DNA of 64,000 nt. Origin: Dimorphilus gyrociliatus. Taxonomy: Eukaryota > Animalia > Annelida. Shown here one piece after another: positions 28,701 through 42,638 of this stretch (the first letter of the stretch is position 1; each line of letters opens with the position of its first letter). The notes beneath the pieces were generated by a model. That model saw nothing but the letters and a program-made list of their open reading frames with translations. It ran no database searches and was not told the DNA's origin. Position numbers and translations under genes: made by a program. The stretch covers positions 2,652,504 through 2,716,503 of the forward strand of contig CAJFCJ010000003.1 in NCBI GenBank assembly GCA_904063045.1, read 5' to 3'.

Positions 28701-31700
28701 TTTAGCATCATTAGAAATGTAATATAGTTGAACTTCTTCAAATATTACTTGTACCCTTTCTTCTGGGTTACCAATGAATTCGTATTTGCATTGTTGACCG
28801 GAACTATACTCTTCCGGGTATCTTGGAGAAGTAAAAGTGCCTTCCTTGCCTTCTTCACTTTTGAAAGTTTTTACGCAGTCAGAAGCTGTTGTTATTAAAA
28901 AGATAAAAGGGAATAAGTTAAAAATTGGAATATTTACGCAAACTACAATATATCAACAGTATAAATATACTAAATATCTATATGATAAGCGAATATAAAA
29001 ATCATCAATTTCACTTTATACATACAATAAAAAAAATATGTTACTATAATGGGAATTGTGTAAAAAATGACATTTAATGAAGATAAGTGATTGATCTATT
29101 GCTTTAGGTCTTTTTTCTATGCTCTGTGGATTTCTTTTACAAGCTAAACATACGAAATATATGGTTTATATTATATTTTTCTTATATTTCCAATCATTAG
29201 TATAAAGTCAATACTCTAATGTTTAATTGATTTCTGCAACAAGCTTGTCTTGTTATATGTAACAGCTATGATATGTCAGTATGGAATATCTATCATTTAG
29301 CAATTTCCGGCACCCTGTGCTTTTCCTGCATTAACCTAATAAGCTAAGTAATCTCATAACGTTTCTTTTAATTCTTTCTCTACTCTTTCTTAGTAATTAA
29401 TAATTTGCAATAAATGTATTTATAAAATTTTCTCCAGTTAAATCCATAGGAAAGACAAGGAAGAGAGAGAAAACTTAAGTATAGAACGAGAATAGGATAG
29501 GGTAAAGAAAGGAGAACAAATAAAACTTAATCAGTTAATTTTCTTAATTTAATGAAATCCGATTTCAATAAGAGGAAAGTGATAACGAAAAGAAGATTTT
29601 TTTTTTGAAAGTTGTTTGATAGAGAGGTCTTAGTTTACAAAAAGCATTTTATCTAAGCTGACTGCAAATAATTTGCAGAAGAGAGCTGGAGTTTTTTCTA
29701 CTAAAATTATTTGGCTATAAATCGGAGTATTCCGTTTTATCTTCAACAAACTGGAAAGAATTGATTATCAATACTTAATTAAGTAAAATTTAAGAGAGCG
29801 TAAAGAGGAGTTATTAGCGTTAATCAAAAGCGGAAGGTTCTGAAAAAAACCCACCTCTTTACATACTTCTTTTACGTTATATAGAATGCCTTAATAATCA
29901 TTTGATAAAAAGAGGAAACAAGTACATAAAAAGACATAAACCCAGTATCTTTATAAGATAATGATTTTTAAACAATAAATAAATTGTTATATGCCGCAAA
30001 GCTCTTTAAAGAATTGTTTTAATATAGAATAAAAGAGGAAAGGAGGATATAAATCAATAAAATGAACCATAAGAATTTGAAATGTAATCGATAGAATTCC
30101 ATTGACACCATTTTCTTTTGCCCTCTTTTTCTTTTATTATTTTTTTATCTTTCTCTCCCTCTCTCGCTCTCTCTATGTTCTATTGTCGTTCTAATAATTT
30201 TCACTATTCAAAATAAATAAAGAGAAGGGAGGAAAACATGGACAAATAGAAATATATATGATATTTATAAACTATTTACATCGTAATTTAAAGACAATAA
30301 TCTTATTTTCGTAGATGAAATATGATAGAGAAAGAGAGAGAGAGAGAGAATATACAAAGTATGGAAAACCAGAGGTTTCCTGCCTAAAAGTTTGCAAATT
30401 TCTTTATACTCTTCCAAAATAAAAAATATTAAATACACGTTTATTATTTGCAATAAAATTTGAAATAAGCCTATTTCGTAGGTAATTGTAGATTTTTTCA
30501 CGATAGATGATAGAAAATTTTGGACGATTAGATGAATATAAAATGATGATGAGTTTAGAAATTGGCTGACAAAAATATATATTTTCATCATTGAAAATTT
30601 CCTTAAATTTGCCTCTTTTTCATCATATCTTTCTTCTCTCTCCTCATCCTCTTTCTTTAATAGAATGACAAAAGAAAATTTATCATATAAAGACGTAAAG
30701 AAAGAACGGGATGAGAGCTTTATTCAGTTTGGACTATCCTCCAATAAAGAATATACAGCTGCATATAATCCGGTTACGTAACGTTGTAAGCCGTGGGAAA
30801 GCCAAGCATTTTTCAGACAAGACGTAAAAGCGTCACTTGAAAGATTGTTGATAAAATGAAAATTTTTGCTTTTAATGTCAGTTTTATGATTAATCCTTAG
30901 AGGTTTTCTTTATAAACAATAGAGAATTTATAAACAAAATCATAGCACAATAGAAACATAGGTCGCTCATACAGTATTAGGATGAATTGATTAAACTGAC
31001 CCTCAGATAAGCACACTAGGAAAAGTGAGAAGAAAATTAAGAAGAGGAAAAGAAATCGTACACCTCATTTTAATCGAATATGATTAAGGAGAGGAAAGGA
31101 ACAACAACTGAAATAGGCCCTCAAGCGCATCGGTCTATTTTCTCTTCCTAGTCATTAACTAGGGGCGAATCGTTTATTTAGTAGTTTAAGACGAGAAACT
31201 ACGTCTTGAAGTAATGAGTAGGAGAAAACGCAAAGTAGAAGAGGAATAAGACCAATAATTGATCTGATGGGAAAAGAGACAGAAAAAGGTGTAAAATAAG
31301 TAAATTCTTACCGCTGTCGTTCTCCGAATATTTTCCTTTACTAGTTAGAGATGGAGAAAGAACGCTTATTAAAATAGCTAGCGATAGTAGCATAAGCGCT
31401 CCCGTCTGCTTCTGCGTAAGCGACTTGTAATAAAAATTGTCGACGTTCTCTCCCTCTGTCTATCTATCTATCTTGTTTCATTCTATTTCTTCACTACCTT
31501 TTTCTCTTTCTTTCCCTGTCTGTCTATCTATCTCGCTCGGTCTCTTTTCCGACACTCTGCTTCGTTCTCTCTCTCTTTCTCTTTTGTATCTCTATCACTC
31601 GTTTTCGCGGAGCAGCGCACCAGACGCCACTGGCTGTTCCGCAGGTAGCGTTTGAAGTGGCAGACGCGAAAGACGGACACAAGATCGAATAGTTTACAAG

Positions 31701-33531
31701 AGCGAATAAATCAATGAACAATTACAAATGATTGAAGAAAAAGAGCAACTTTAATTGTCTAAAATATGTTAAAAAGTATAAACTAGTAACTCAATCAATT
31801 TTCCGGGCATTAAATCTATTTCCTTTTTCTTTAGTATTATCTACCTTTATAATCATAAGTCTGTTCTAATATCTTTGTTAGATGAAAGTCAAGCGTTAGG
31901 AATCTTTCCTCCTCCCTCCAAAAGAAACACTAAGCCGTTCACCTCAAATCGATTCTAAGTTAAGCATGCAGTCAAAGATAAGAAAGCGCGATAGATGGCG
32001 TATTACTACGTTTAATAACGAATTCACAAACGTTCCTCAATAGAAAGAGCTTTAAATTGTTTTTAAATTACTTAAGTAATACTCGAATACAATGTTTTTC
32101 TAAGAAACCTATAATGAGTATACAATCCATATATTATATCACTAAACTAGTTTATAGTAGTTATACTTGTATAAACCGTTACACATAGTATAACGATTCA
32201 TATAATTGTAAAAAAAACTACCATCTCTTTGGATAAACATTTATAACCTTTAACTTAAAAAGAAATAAAGCAAATGCTGAATAAATATACAAAATAAGAG
32301 AAAATACTTTTTACAGGGGTATGGATGATAAGCCAGAACACTTGTATCAAAACAGTTTGTCTATGAATATTATACATATACTGTATAAGCTATTTAGGAC
32401 AATAAAAAATTATACTAATTCCTGTCAGGTGTTTTTTCCTCCATTTAATAACCGAATTAGTTCTTTTAATAGAACTTAATATAAGCTATTTTTAATGAAA
32501 AAAATTTCCCAAATCCATTGACATATTTTAATTATAGTAAAAAAAAACTATAATAATACAAAAACTCCCAGAGAGAATTCCTAAGAAATGATGAAGAGAC
32601 AGAGAATTAGAGACGGAGCGAGAGAGAGAGAAAGAGACGGACAGACAGACAGACAGACAGACACAAGTAGGGATTGAAAGAGAAGAGAGAGAGAGAGAGA
32701 GAAAACGAGCAATACTCTATTTTTCAAATAGGAGTATTTTAATTTGTTTATTTTAATTTAATATTGATAAAAAAAATTCAATTGAAAAAGCTATCTGTTG
32801 CTTGCTTGGTCAGACTAAAATTATTATACATAAAGTACGTTACTACATAATAAACATGATTGAGATACTTTACTACATAATTAATACAATTTTTGTATTT
32901 TACAATTTAAATAATAGAACTGAATATATGTATTTAAACTATATTTATAATTTAACTTTTAAATACTAGATGGCGATAGTGAGTTTATTTAGATGATATA
33001 CAGTATATTTCTCATTATATAAATAAACTTGCAAAGTAATACTTTAAATTATTATGTTATGTTTTATTTAAATATTCATTCAATGTAGATTTTCTACAAA
33101 TATATTTCCTTTTTGTAAAAAAAAACGAAAAAAAAAAGAAAAGCTATTAAGGATAAAAAGATGAGAGAAAAAATTTCTAAACATTTACGAAAACTTATAC
33201 ACCTGCATAGCTAGATAATTTCAATGCAGTTTGTCGGCTTTAAAAACAAAATAAGATGATGAAAAGCAAAAGAGGAAAAAAAAGGCGTGTTCTCGTGAGT
33301 TTAGAATGATAAATAGCCACTTAAATGACAAGAATGTTATAACACTATATAAAAGATGATGTAAATGAAATGTAACAGATTTTCAAGTGTAATAAATAAA
33401 GTATACCTTTGGAAGAGTTAAAAGAAAAAATCTATTAATAATTTTTGTTATATACAAACAAAGGAGATGTGAATTTCATAAATAGTTTGCTCCAAATTTC
33501 ATATATAATAAGTTTGTAGTATTAATAAATT

Positions 33532-33584
<53 letters not shown>

Positions 33585-36500
33585 TTAAGAATGAAAGTAA
33601 GAGAAGTACCAGAAAAGTAGGTGAAAAATCCATTTGATCCTAGCTGCATATATTATTTAACGAAATATCCTATTCTTAAATACATATACACATATATCCA
33701 TATGTATTTATTTGTATATTTTTTGCAAATGGGAAACATCTAGGTTTGTTCTGTTTTTCACTGTTAAAATTGATTATTAGTAGGTTTTATGCAATTTTTA
33801 GAAATAAGGATTATAGGACTTGTTCTTTTCTTTCTCTCATTTTATAAAAAAAGACTAAAATGGAAATAGAATAATTAATTATGACATATAGCGAAAAGAT
33901 AAATGTATATAACTATATATCTACATATTTTGACTGATTCCTACTGTATATATGTGCATTTTTATGATTTTTACTCTCTTTTCATATAAGAATAAGCATA
34001 ATTTTTTGGAACGTTCCACTAGCGGAAGAGTCTCTAGAGGCGCTTTATTAGGTCGCGAGTTTGTACACTTTACAGAGATCGTAAAGGGAAAAGCATAGTA
34101 TGAAAATGCTGGAGAAAATGAAAATAATAAAACACTGATAAATAAGACTCTTTATATTGTAATACAATGTTAAGTTTTCGCAAACGTTAGATATTTATAT
34201 ATAAAAATATAGACAAACTTACTACAAAGACCAATGACTGCTGTAAAACAGCAGAAAACTCTATAGAACATGGCCAGCTCGATTAAATCGATCAGAGTGA
34301 CGATGCGCATCCAAAATTTTGTAGTATATCTTACTAGATGTCGCTTTTAGTTATTTTATCAATGAACTTTCTTTTCCCTTTTACAAGTGTTATTTTTAGA
34401 AGTAATAATTACACTAAATTAAATTTTTATAGCAATAAAAGGATAATGGTGGAGCAGTTCCTGTTTTAAAAATACCTTCCTCCCCCATCAGACTACATAG
34501 TTGAATATTCCGATGGAAAAGAGATATTTTCTGAATGAATGTTTTCTTTAAACATTATCAAACTATGATAAAAAGAAAATTAACATATGCTTTATGATAC
34601 TTTTCGGTTCTTTTTTAGTGTCTTTCATTCGTTTTCCTTTTGTTTTTGTTTTTTCTTCTTATACATAAATATATATAGACAACTTTTGGATATTTCAAGG
34701 CATAATATAATAATTTCTCCATCCTCAGAGAGAAAAGAATATGCGTCAGGAATGAAAAAACAAAAATAAAAAAACAAAAAAATATAAAGCTCTAACGCTA
34801 TTGCATTCGAATTACTTCATTAATCTCTCCGTTATTTCGGATACTTTGTCATATAAAATAGAAAAATTCTTATTTTCGTAATCGAAGAAAAGACAAAAAG
34901 TTTCTTTCATCTTCTCCTATCGTTTGAGGAAAACATACTACGTAGAAACTTCCCCTCTCCCTTCTAGCTCCCGTCTGTCTAACTGTATATAAATATATAG
35001 ATATATGTATAAGTATGTGTATTTGTGTTTTCTCTCCCTTTCTCTCTCTATCTTTCTCCTTCTTCTCCTTCTACTCTCCTCTTTTTTTTAATTCACTAAT
35101 TTCTTTGTATCAAATAAATCTTTATAATCATGTTATGTCATAAGAGATTACTTTCGCTTAAATTATCTGAGCAAAAATATCATAAACTAGAATTAGCTAA
35201 TTTCCTAGTAAATTGAGTCTTATGCGGTCACTTACCTTTTAATTCAATTAATCAGAATTTAAGTTTAAGTTTACTCGGTCTTTCTTTTGAAAGCTGCTTT
35301 AAACTAGTTTATCTTTTCTATTGTAATTTATCATATTACTATTCTTTTTTTCATTCAATATATATGTTAAGACAGGCAAAAACAACCAATACTCTAAAAT
35401 TTACATTTGCCGAGATCACGTGATCAGGCGTAGAAGATGGACAGATTACGAGCTCAATTCGGCCTCCTAAAGTTCACTCATCTATCACTTTTTCCACAAA
35501 TTACAAGGAGAATAACAGTACTAAATACTGAATAAGAGAAATACAATGCAAAATTACTTTTGTTCTAGTTTTAAATTTGTTCTTTTCTGAAAGATTTTCT
35601 TATAATTTAAATTGGATACAAGATAAGATATTCCGATATTAATTTTCTTTTCTCCAACATTTCTGACTTCTCTTACTTCGTATTTTTCTCAGTTTCTCCT
35701 CCTCTTAGTTCTATTCCCTTTTCGTCATTCTTTTGCATATCATTTCTTATTCCGCTGTTAAATCCATCTAACTAATTCAATTTCTTACATTTTCAATAGT
35801 AAAAAATTTAATATTTTCTTTTCCAGTTTAAGATACGGAAATTATAAGATAAAATGATATGATCGAATAGGCAAATAAAAGTTGATCAAGGGTTGTAACG
35901 TGATATGTCATTGCCGATAGACAAGTTTTAACATCAGAGCTGGGTCTTTAAGGTTCATTTAACCATGGTTTTTTATTCTCATTAATCAACTGATTTATGA
36001 TATTTTTCTCTAATATTGATGGCTACTAAACCATTTACATGTTTTTATACCGATTATGTATGGAATAGATAAGTATACCTTAGGGTTGGTTCTGTATTCA
36101 TGATAAAATTTTTAAATAAAAGAGTTAATATTTAAAGGAATCGAGATAGCCAAGACAGACAAAGACGAAAGGAGAGTAAAAAGACGAATGGAATGAAAAA
36201 TTCCAGCATTTACTCGGGCAAAAGAATGTTATTTATGTTAATTCGTCTAGACACTTTCAAATTGTCAATTTCTCTAACATGATCAAGGTCTTTGAGACAA
36301 TAGGCCCAGAAATTTCCTAATGATTATCTTAATTCAGATGATAGTATTTAAGGGAAAGACTATAATCTCAATACAATATATGGGAGTTAATCGATATTTA
36401 ACTCAGATAAGCAGGAAGGAAGGAACAAACAAATTTTGTATAATAAGTTCAGAAACGCAAAAAGAATATAGGAATCAAATTAATAACAATTAACTTCTGC

Positions 36501-37882
36501 TTTCGAAAGTGCCGTTTCTTTTTCACAAGTATCTCTAGAGGTGTAATAAAATCTATTCTTAAAGAATGTCAGCGACTCTGTGAGTCTCTTTAGTGAGGAT
36601 ATTAAATTTGCTGGGTAAAGTAAATGGAAAGAGAAAATATTTTAATAAAAACAACTCAGAAGGTTTCAAATTGTTTATAATTTATGGAAAAACTACTAAC
36701 GTTAAGGAAAATTAAATAACGCTATTCTTTCATGGAGAAAACTTTTGGAAAATACGGTTTAAAAATAGAGGGAGACCAAGGTTTAAAAGAGATTTCTGTA
36801 GATCGTAAAAAAGTTAGATTGAAAGACGAAAGTTTAAATTAAAAGTGAGTGGAATCAAAGATGGATAATAGATGGTCGTAACAGAGGCCACTTTTGGGAA
36901 TTACTTTGACAGATAACAATAACCCCATAAAAACAAAAGAACAAATAAGGCAAATGGAAACAATCATATTTGCTATCTTTTCTATTGACAAAGATGGTCA
37001 ATAATTCTACACTAAAGATATTCACTGTATTTGGGGAGTAAGACGGGAAGAGACTATACAATAAGGAGAAACATGATTTATATTATATGATAAAGATATA
37101 TGAGAGAGAGGAACATGAGGGAAAAGTCTGGACACAAAATGAAAGAAACCAAATAGGCAGAGACGTTAAATAAAGAGAGGAAAAACCGAAGGGATTCTAG
37201 AACTTGCTATCTTTCCTTTTTTTTTTTTTCTACTCTGTATAACATAATGGATTCGGAATTTTTAAAGGTTTCTCTTTCTAGTTGGTAGGCAGACTTTGAG
37301 TCTTATTCCCTTTTAACCTAGAGGCAGAATCGCTTTATTTTTGTTTTTACGCTAAGGTCTTGACTAATGAACAGCAAGACTTGACCAAGTAAAACAGGAG
37401 TAGAGGCGGTAATGTCTTATGAAAAATAGCTTTTGATAGATACTTTTATCCAATGAACGGCTCTTTGGAATGGGAACTAAAGGAGAGAATTCATCTAGCT
37501 TTATTTAATTAGATGTTTGTTACTTGATTGTAATCAAGGCGTTTATAACGGAATCTATATTTCATTATCTTTTAGATAAACTTAAAGTAACGAAGATATA
37601 TAAAAGGAGGTTGTTTGTAACTATATAACCCTATTTCCATAAAAAAAAATTTGTTCCAATTGATGGATGACATCCTCCTCTTTTTCCTATTTTTCTTTCA
37701 ATTTTTCTAAATCCTTTCTCTAGTTTGTCGAATTCATCTTGCCGAAATACAAACCTTATAATTGTAAAGATAGTATTTACTGCAGATATCGTTCATAAAA
37801 GATAGCGTCTATGAATATTCAGACTTAATAGAAAGACCTCTATTAATCCAAGAGTTGTATTTATGATTGATAAAAATAATAT

Positions 37883-37921
<39 letters not shown>

Positions 37922-40900
37922 AATAAAGAAGAAAGAAAAGTTATATCTTTCTTATTTGAAATAAGGTCAAAAGCAATTGAAATTAATAAGGAATTTTCAG
38001 GTTATTTTATCATTAGAACACCATTGCTTCGTTATTGATGTCAATAGTTCGTACAAAAAATAGCTTAAATATAGCGGAATGAATCAATTACTTTTCTTAA
38101 GAATTTATGTCCGGGGGACTACAGGCCTAGGACCATTAAAGGCAAAAAAATTGGAAATATAGGCTTGAAAAGACTTGTCTTTTAATCTAAGATACGCAAC
38201 ATTTGACGAAATTACATTCAAATCGAGAATAGAGTATAGATCCACGAGATTCATTCTGCACAAAGAGAGTGGTGAATTTTCCAGTAATATTATTTAAATC
38301 ATGCTAATAAATATTCATGAGCATAAAAAAAGTTATTAGAACTGGATAAAACTTTAAGTTCGATTGTTGTGTTTACACTTTAGTTTTTACTAATAGACGG
38401 CTTTCACCATTCTTAAGTTTGGTCCTTAATTCAGAATAAGTCTCTACAGTCAAAGTCTAAAAATAGAGTAGAGTGATGGGGTGGAGAGAGAGCAAAAGAG
38501 AGGGGCGGGAGGCGGGAGAGAGGGAGAGAAGAGAATATGCGTAGGGAAAAAAAAACATCTATAAACGCCACACAAGCAATTTTTAGCTATTGAATGACGA
38601 TGCCAACTGCAAGGAAAATGTCGTAATTCCTTTAGATCTATTATAGACGTCTAGACGGACAGTCGATTTCGTTAATTTGTTGGCTTCTTTGCGGCGTCAA
38701 AAACTAACGGAATATCTGATAGAATTTCGAATAGGTCTTAATAAAAATGAATTGCTTCCCAAACAAGAACATTTATACTTAATAATCAAAATAAAAAAGT
38801 TACTTTTCACCGGAAATTTGAAAGGAAAAACCACAAATAAAAATTTTTTGGCGCTATCTACCGTCTAATTCCCTTATTAAAAAGTATAAAATCTATTAAT
38901 CGAACGAATTATTAACCCCCTTCATCCTTTAGTATACGTTAGAATGTTTTACTGGGCTATGCTTGGTTATATGAATGTAAATTAAGTATTTTAGGTTTTT
39001 TTAGGCCTTAGAGGCATCTAAGGAAACTAATGATAATATAAATTTATTCCACTCGTTAGATGGCGTTTGAATAAATTAATAAAATATTATATTTACTTAT
39101 TAATGACAACACGAAGAAAATACTAAAAGATAATTAGCAGTCGTATTAACCTAGAAAGATATTTATCACAACCGGTTTACTAATGGAAGATAAAAAGAAA
39201 AAGAAGAGAGAGTGGGGACAAAAAGAGAAAGTTTCTTCTCTTATAAATATGTCATATATGGAAAATATTCAAGAAATATTCGAATTATACCTTGGGGAAT
39301 TAAGTAAGCTCATATCTTTAATTGAAAATATTTATGATTTAAAAAGAGAATTGCTAATAATATTAGGAAAGAAAGAAAATTCCAACTTTTCAATATTTGA
39401 TCATTCCGTAGAAATATGGAAAAATATGAAATGATATTTTCTCTTTTCCCTTCATCTTTTGAAATATAAATATAAATATATACTATATGTATTTATATAT
39501 ATACAAATATATTTATATTTATTACATTAATCTTATCAAGGTCAATCTTTATCTTTTTGATTAGTTTCCTATCATTTCTTCATTTAAAAACCATTTCATT
39601 TCAACAAAGATTATTCTTTCTATTCTTCAAATTTTGCTTTCCTTTGTTAATCGTTTTTCCTTCTCCCCATCTAGTTTCAACCCTTCTCTGTCCCTTTTTC
39701 ATCTATATTCCCTGTTTTTTTTCAAAGCTATACAACAAATTTCTAATTAAAAATTATGTGTCGATTTAGATTAGCAACAGCTGATGAAGATAAATAATTT
39801 GTAAATAGAAAAATTATTAATTAAATCTAGTGTAAAGTAAAGCGAATTAAATGGAGAAAAAATAGATTTAACTCAATTTCAAATTTCTGTATGTATGAAT
39901 GTATCTATGTTTTTGTCAGTGTTTCTTTTATTCTATTACTATTAAGTAAACATTCTGTAAGGCTAAATAGCCTTATATACTCTATATGTATAGGATATAT
40001 ATATATATATAAATTTGTATTACATTTTCGCTGTTTTCTTTTTATTTCAGTAAAATAAATTTGTGTAAATGTTAAACAGATAAAAAGTCTGCCTGGATCT
40101 GATTAAATTTATTTAGAATGGATCAAATTTACAAAACCGTTATTTCATTTATTGGAGTGAAAGAGAGGAAATTTTTGTTCCTTTCATTTTTTCTTCTTAT
40201 TCCATTTGGATTAAATAAAATTTTTGATATTGCATTCAGAGAAATAAATAGGTAGTGAAAGAAAGAAAGGGAGAAACGAATAACACTCAACTTTGACCAA
40301 TCTATGCATTTTTTAACTCTAAAGAGAGAAAAACACTACTCAGATAAATACAAGTAATAATGAATATTGATACACACTAGAGATACTTGTATGGATTCAA
40401 TTTAAAAGGCAAGTTTCAAGTTTCAAAAGTACGAGTAAAGGAGCGGGAAAGTGATCTCAACTGTTGATGGGTAATTTCCTTGAGTAACCAATTCGAGTGG
40501 AGAAATTACCATGGGATTAATAATATCCTAGAATAACAATTACAATACCCAAGGAGGAATGGGAATTGACCAGGCTAAGTGCTTGCCGAATATATTGCCC
40601 TAACTCACAACCTTTTTACCAAATAAACAAAATAAACACTTACTGAAAGGACGCTGCGTGACTGGGCTTGGTGAAAGTTCGTTGCCATGGTTATTATCGG
40701 GTGGACGTCGCGTCGAATAATCTATATAATAAATAATAAATTTTCGTTTGAACATTTCTTGGTAAAGTATATTAGTTTTATTTTGTGATAAATAATATAG
40801 ATGGAGCTACGTACGAAAGTCGTCTGTAGGATGTACGCCATTCTTATAGGGTTTATCCCGAAATTGATATCTGGCACTGAATCCTTTCAGCTGATGTCCT

Positions 40901-42606
40901 TGATCACTTTTAAATACAACAACAAGAAGTCTACCAGGAGACGAAATCTGTTAAAAACAAATAAAAAAGAGTAAAATATTAATAAATTTTTAGCAGATAG
41001 ATGGCAGAAGTGTTGTTGAAAAAAGAAAAAAAGAAGAAGAATTTGTCCCTTATTCATACCAAATAGAAAAAAAATAAATACTTTAAATGAGGAAAAGAAA
41101 TCATTAAGAAGTGAAAACCGAAAAGACTGTAAAGAATATTTTATCAAATAATTGCATTTTAAATGATTAATAAAAGTTTATAATAATATCAGGGGATTTT
41201 AGAAGAGTGTTGATTATTTATGAGATCTAATTAAAACTATAAATTTTCGATTCCTTTTTCCTTTAATAAAATACTTAAAATTTAAAAATTAATGTTAAAA
41301 TAAGATAACAAAAAAAGGAGAAGATAGTAAAAGAGAAGAAACTATCGGTCACATATTTTAAGTGGTATTTCCAATGAATGACACTTAATAATGCTGTTTG
41401 AAAATTTCTATCCTTTTTACAAGCCTTTATAGGCTTTTAATTAATAATATTCCCTTTAAAACAGGGAAGAAAAAGTAGCAATAGGCGTCTCTCTCTCTCT
41501 CTCTCTTTTAATGCTTTTTCTTGTATTTTGTTATTATTCCATGTGAAAATTCTCTTAGTTCACTAAAACTCAAAGCTTTCGTCTCTATACTTTTCATTTT
41601 TTATCATCCAAATATTTTGAATGGGTGACAAATTTCTTATAAAAAGCGGATTATTTTTCTTATCTCTTTAAATAGGATAAATCTGAGAGAAGCAGCAAAA
41701 TCCGTTATTCATCTTCTAATACCATTTATATTCAATAAGTGTTGTTTTGCAAATAATTTGCATTTAGACATCTCTCCTTCTTAAACAATTTTTAAACGAA
41801 CAAAAGGTTCTTTATAGGCTTATACTCAAATTATAAATTTGATTAAAATCTAATCGGCGAAAGAAAGAAATTATGCAAACAGAAGCATAGAGTTTATAAA
41901 ATCTTTCTACTAAAATTTCAATATCAACAGATATTAGCTATACTTTTATAAAACATATTAGTCTTACCTCTATGTTATTCCCTAGATTATTCAAACATCT
42001 AATGGGAGCAGCTTTTTCAATGTTCATATCTTTATAAATTATAATAGCGTCTGGTGAACTATAACAGTCGCCGTCGTAATTTTGCAGTAAAATATTCTCG
42101 AATCTCAAATTGATTATATGCTTATCATCTCCCATAAATATGTATTTGCACAAGCTATTTGGCGGATAATTTTGAGGGTACTTAGGACTGAAGAATTTTC
42201 CAGATTTATTCACGCTTGGTTGAAATTTATAATCGCATTCAGATGAAAATGATTTAACGCCATTCGTTTCGAAGTTTTCTGTTTTGAAATAAAAGAAAAA
42301 TAAGACAATAATAACTAAATATATATATAAATGAAAGAGAGATAAAGATAGAAAAAATATGATTGAATTAAACGATTCCCTCATTTCTTTTACATTCCCA
42401 AAGAAACGCATAAATTGCGTAATTCAAGTAGAAGATAATGGGCGGGTTTTTTAGAGAATATATATTTTTAATACAACTACAAGATAATTAACTTAAGTAA
42501 AGCATCGATAATATTACAAAGACTTACTTAAAAATTATATACATTGCATAGTAAAATATGTATGAAAATTTATAATAGCTTAGTCTTAGTAGAAGAGATA
42601 GATAGG

Positions 42607-42638
<32 letters not shown>

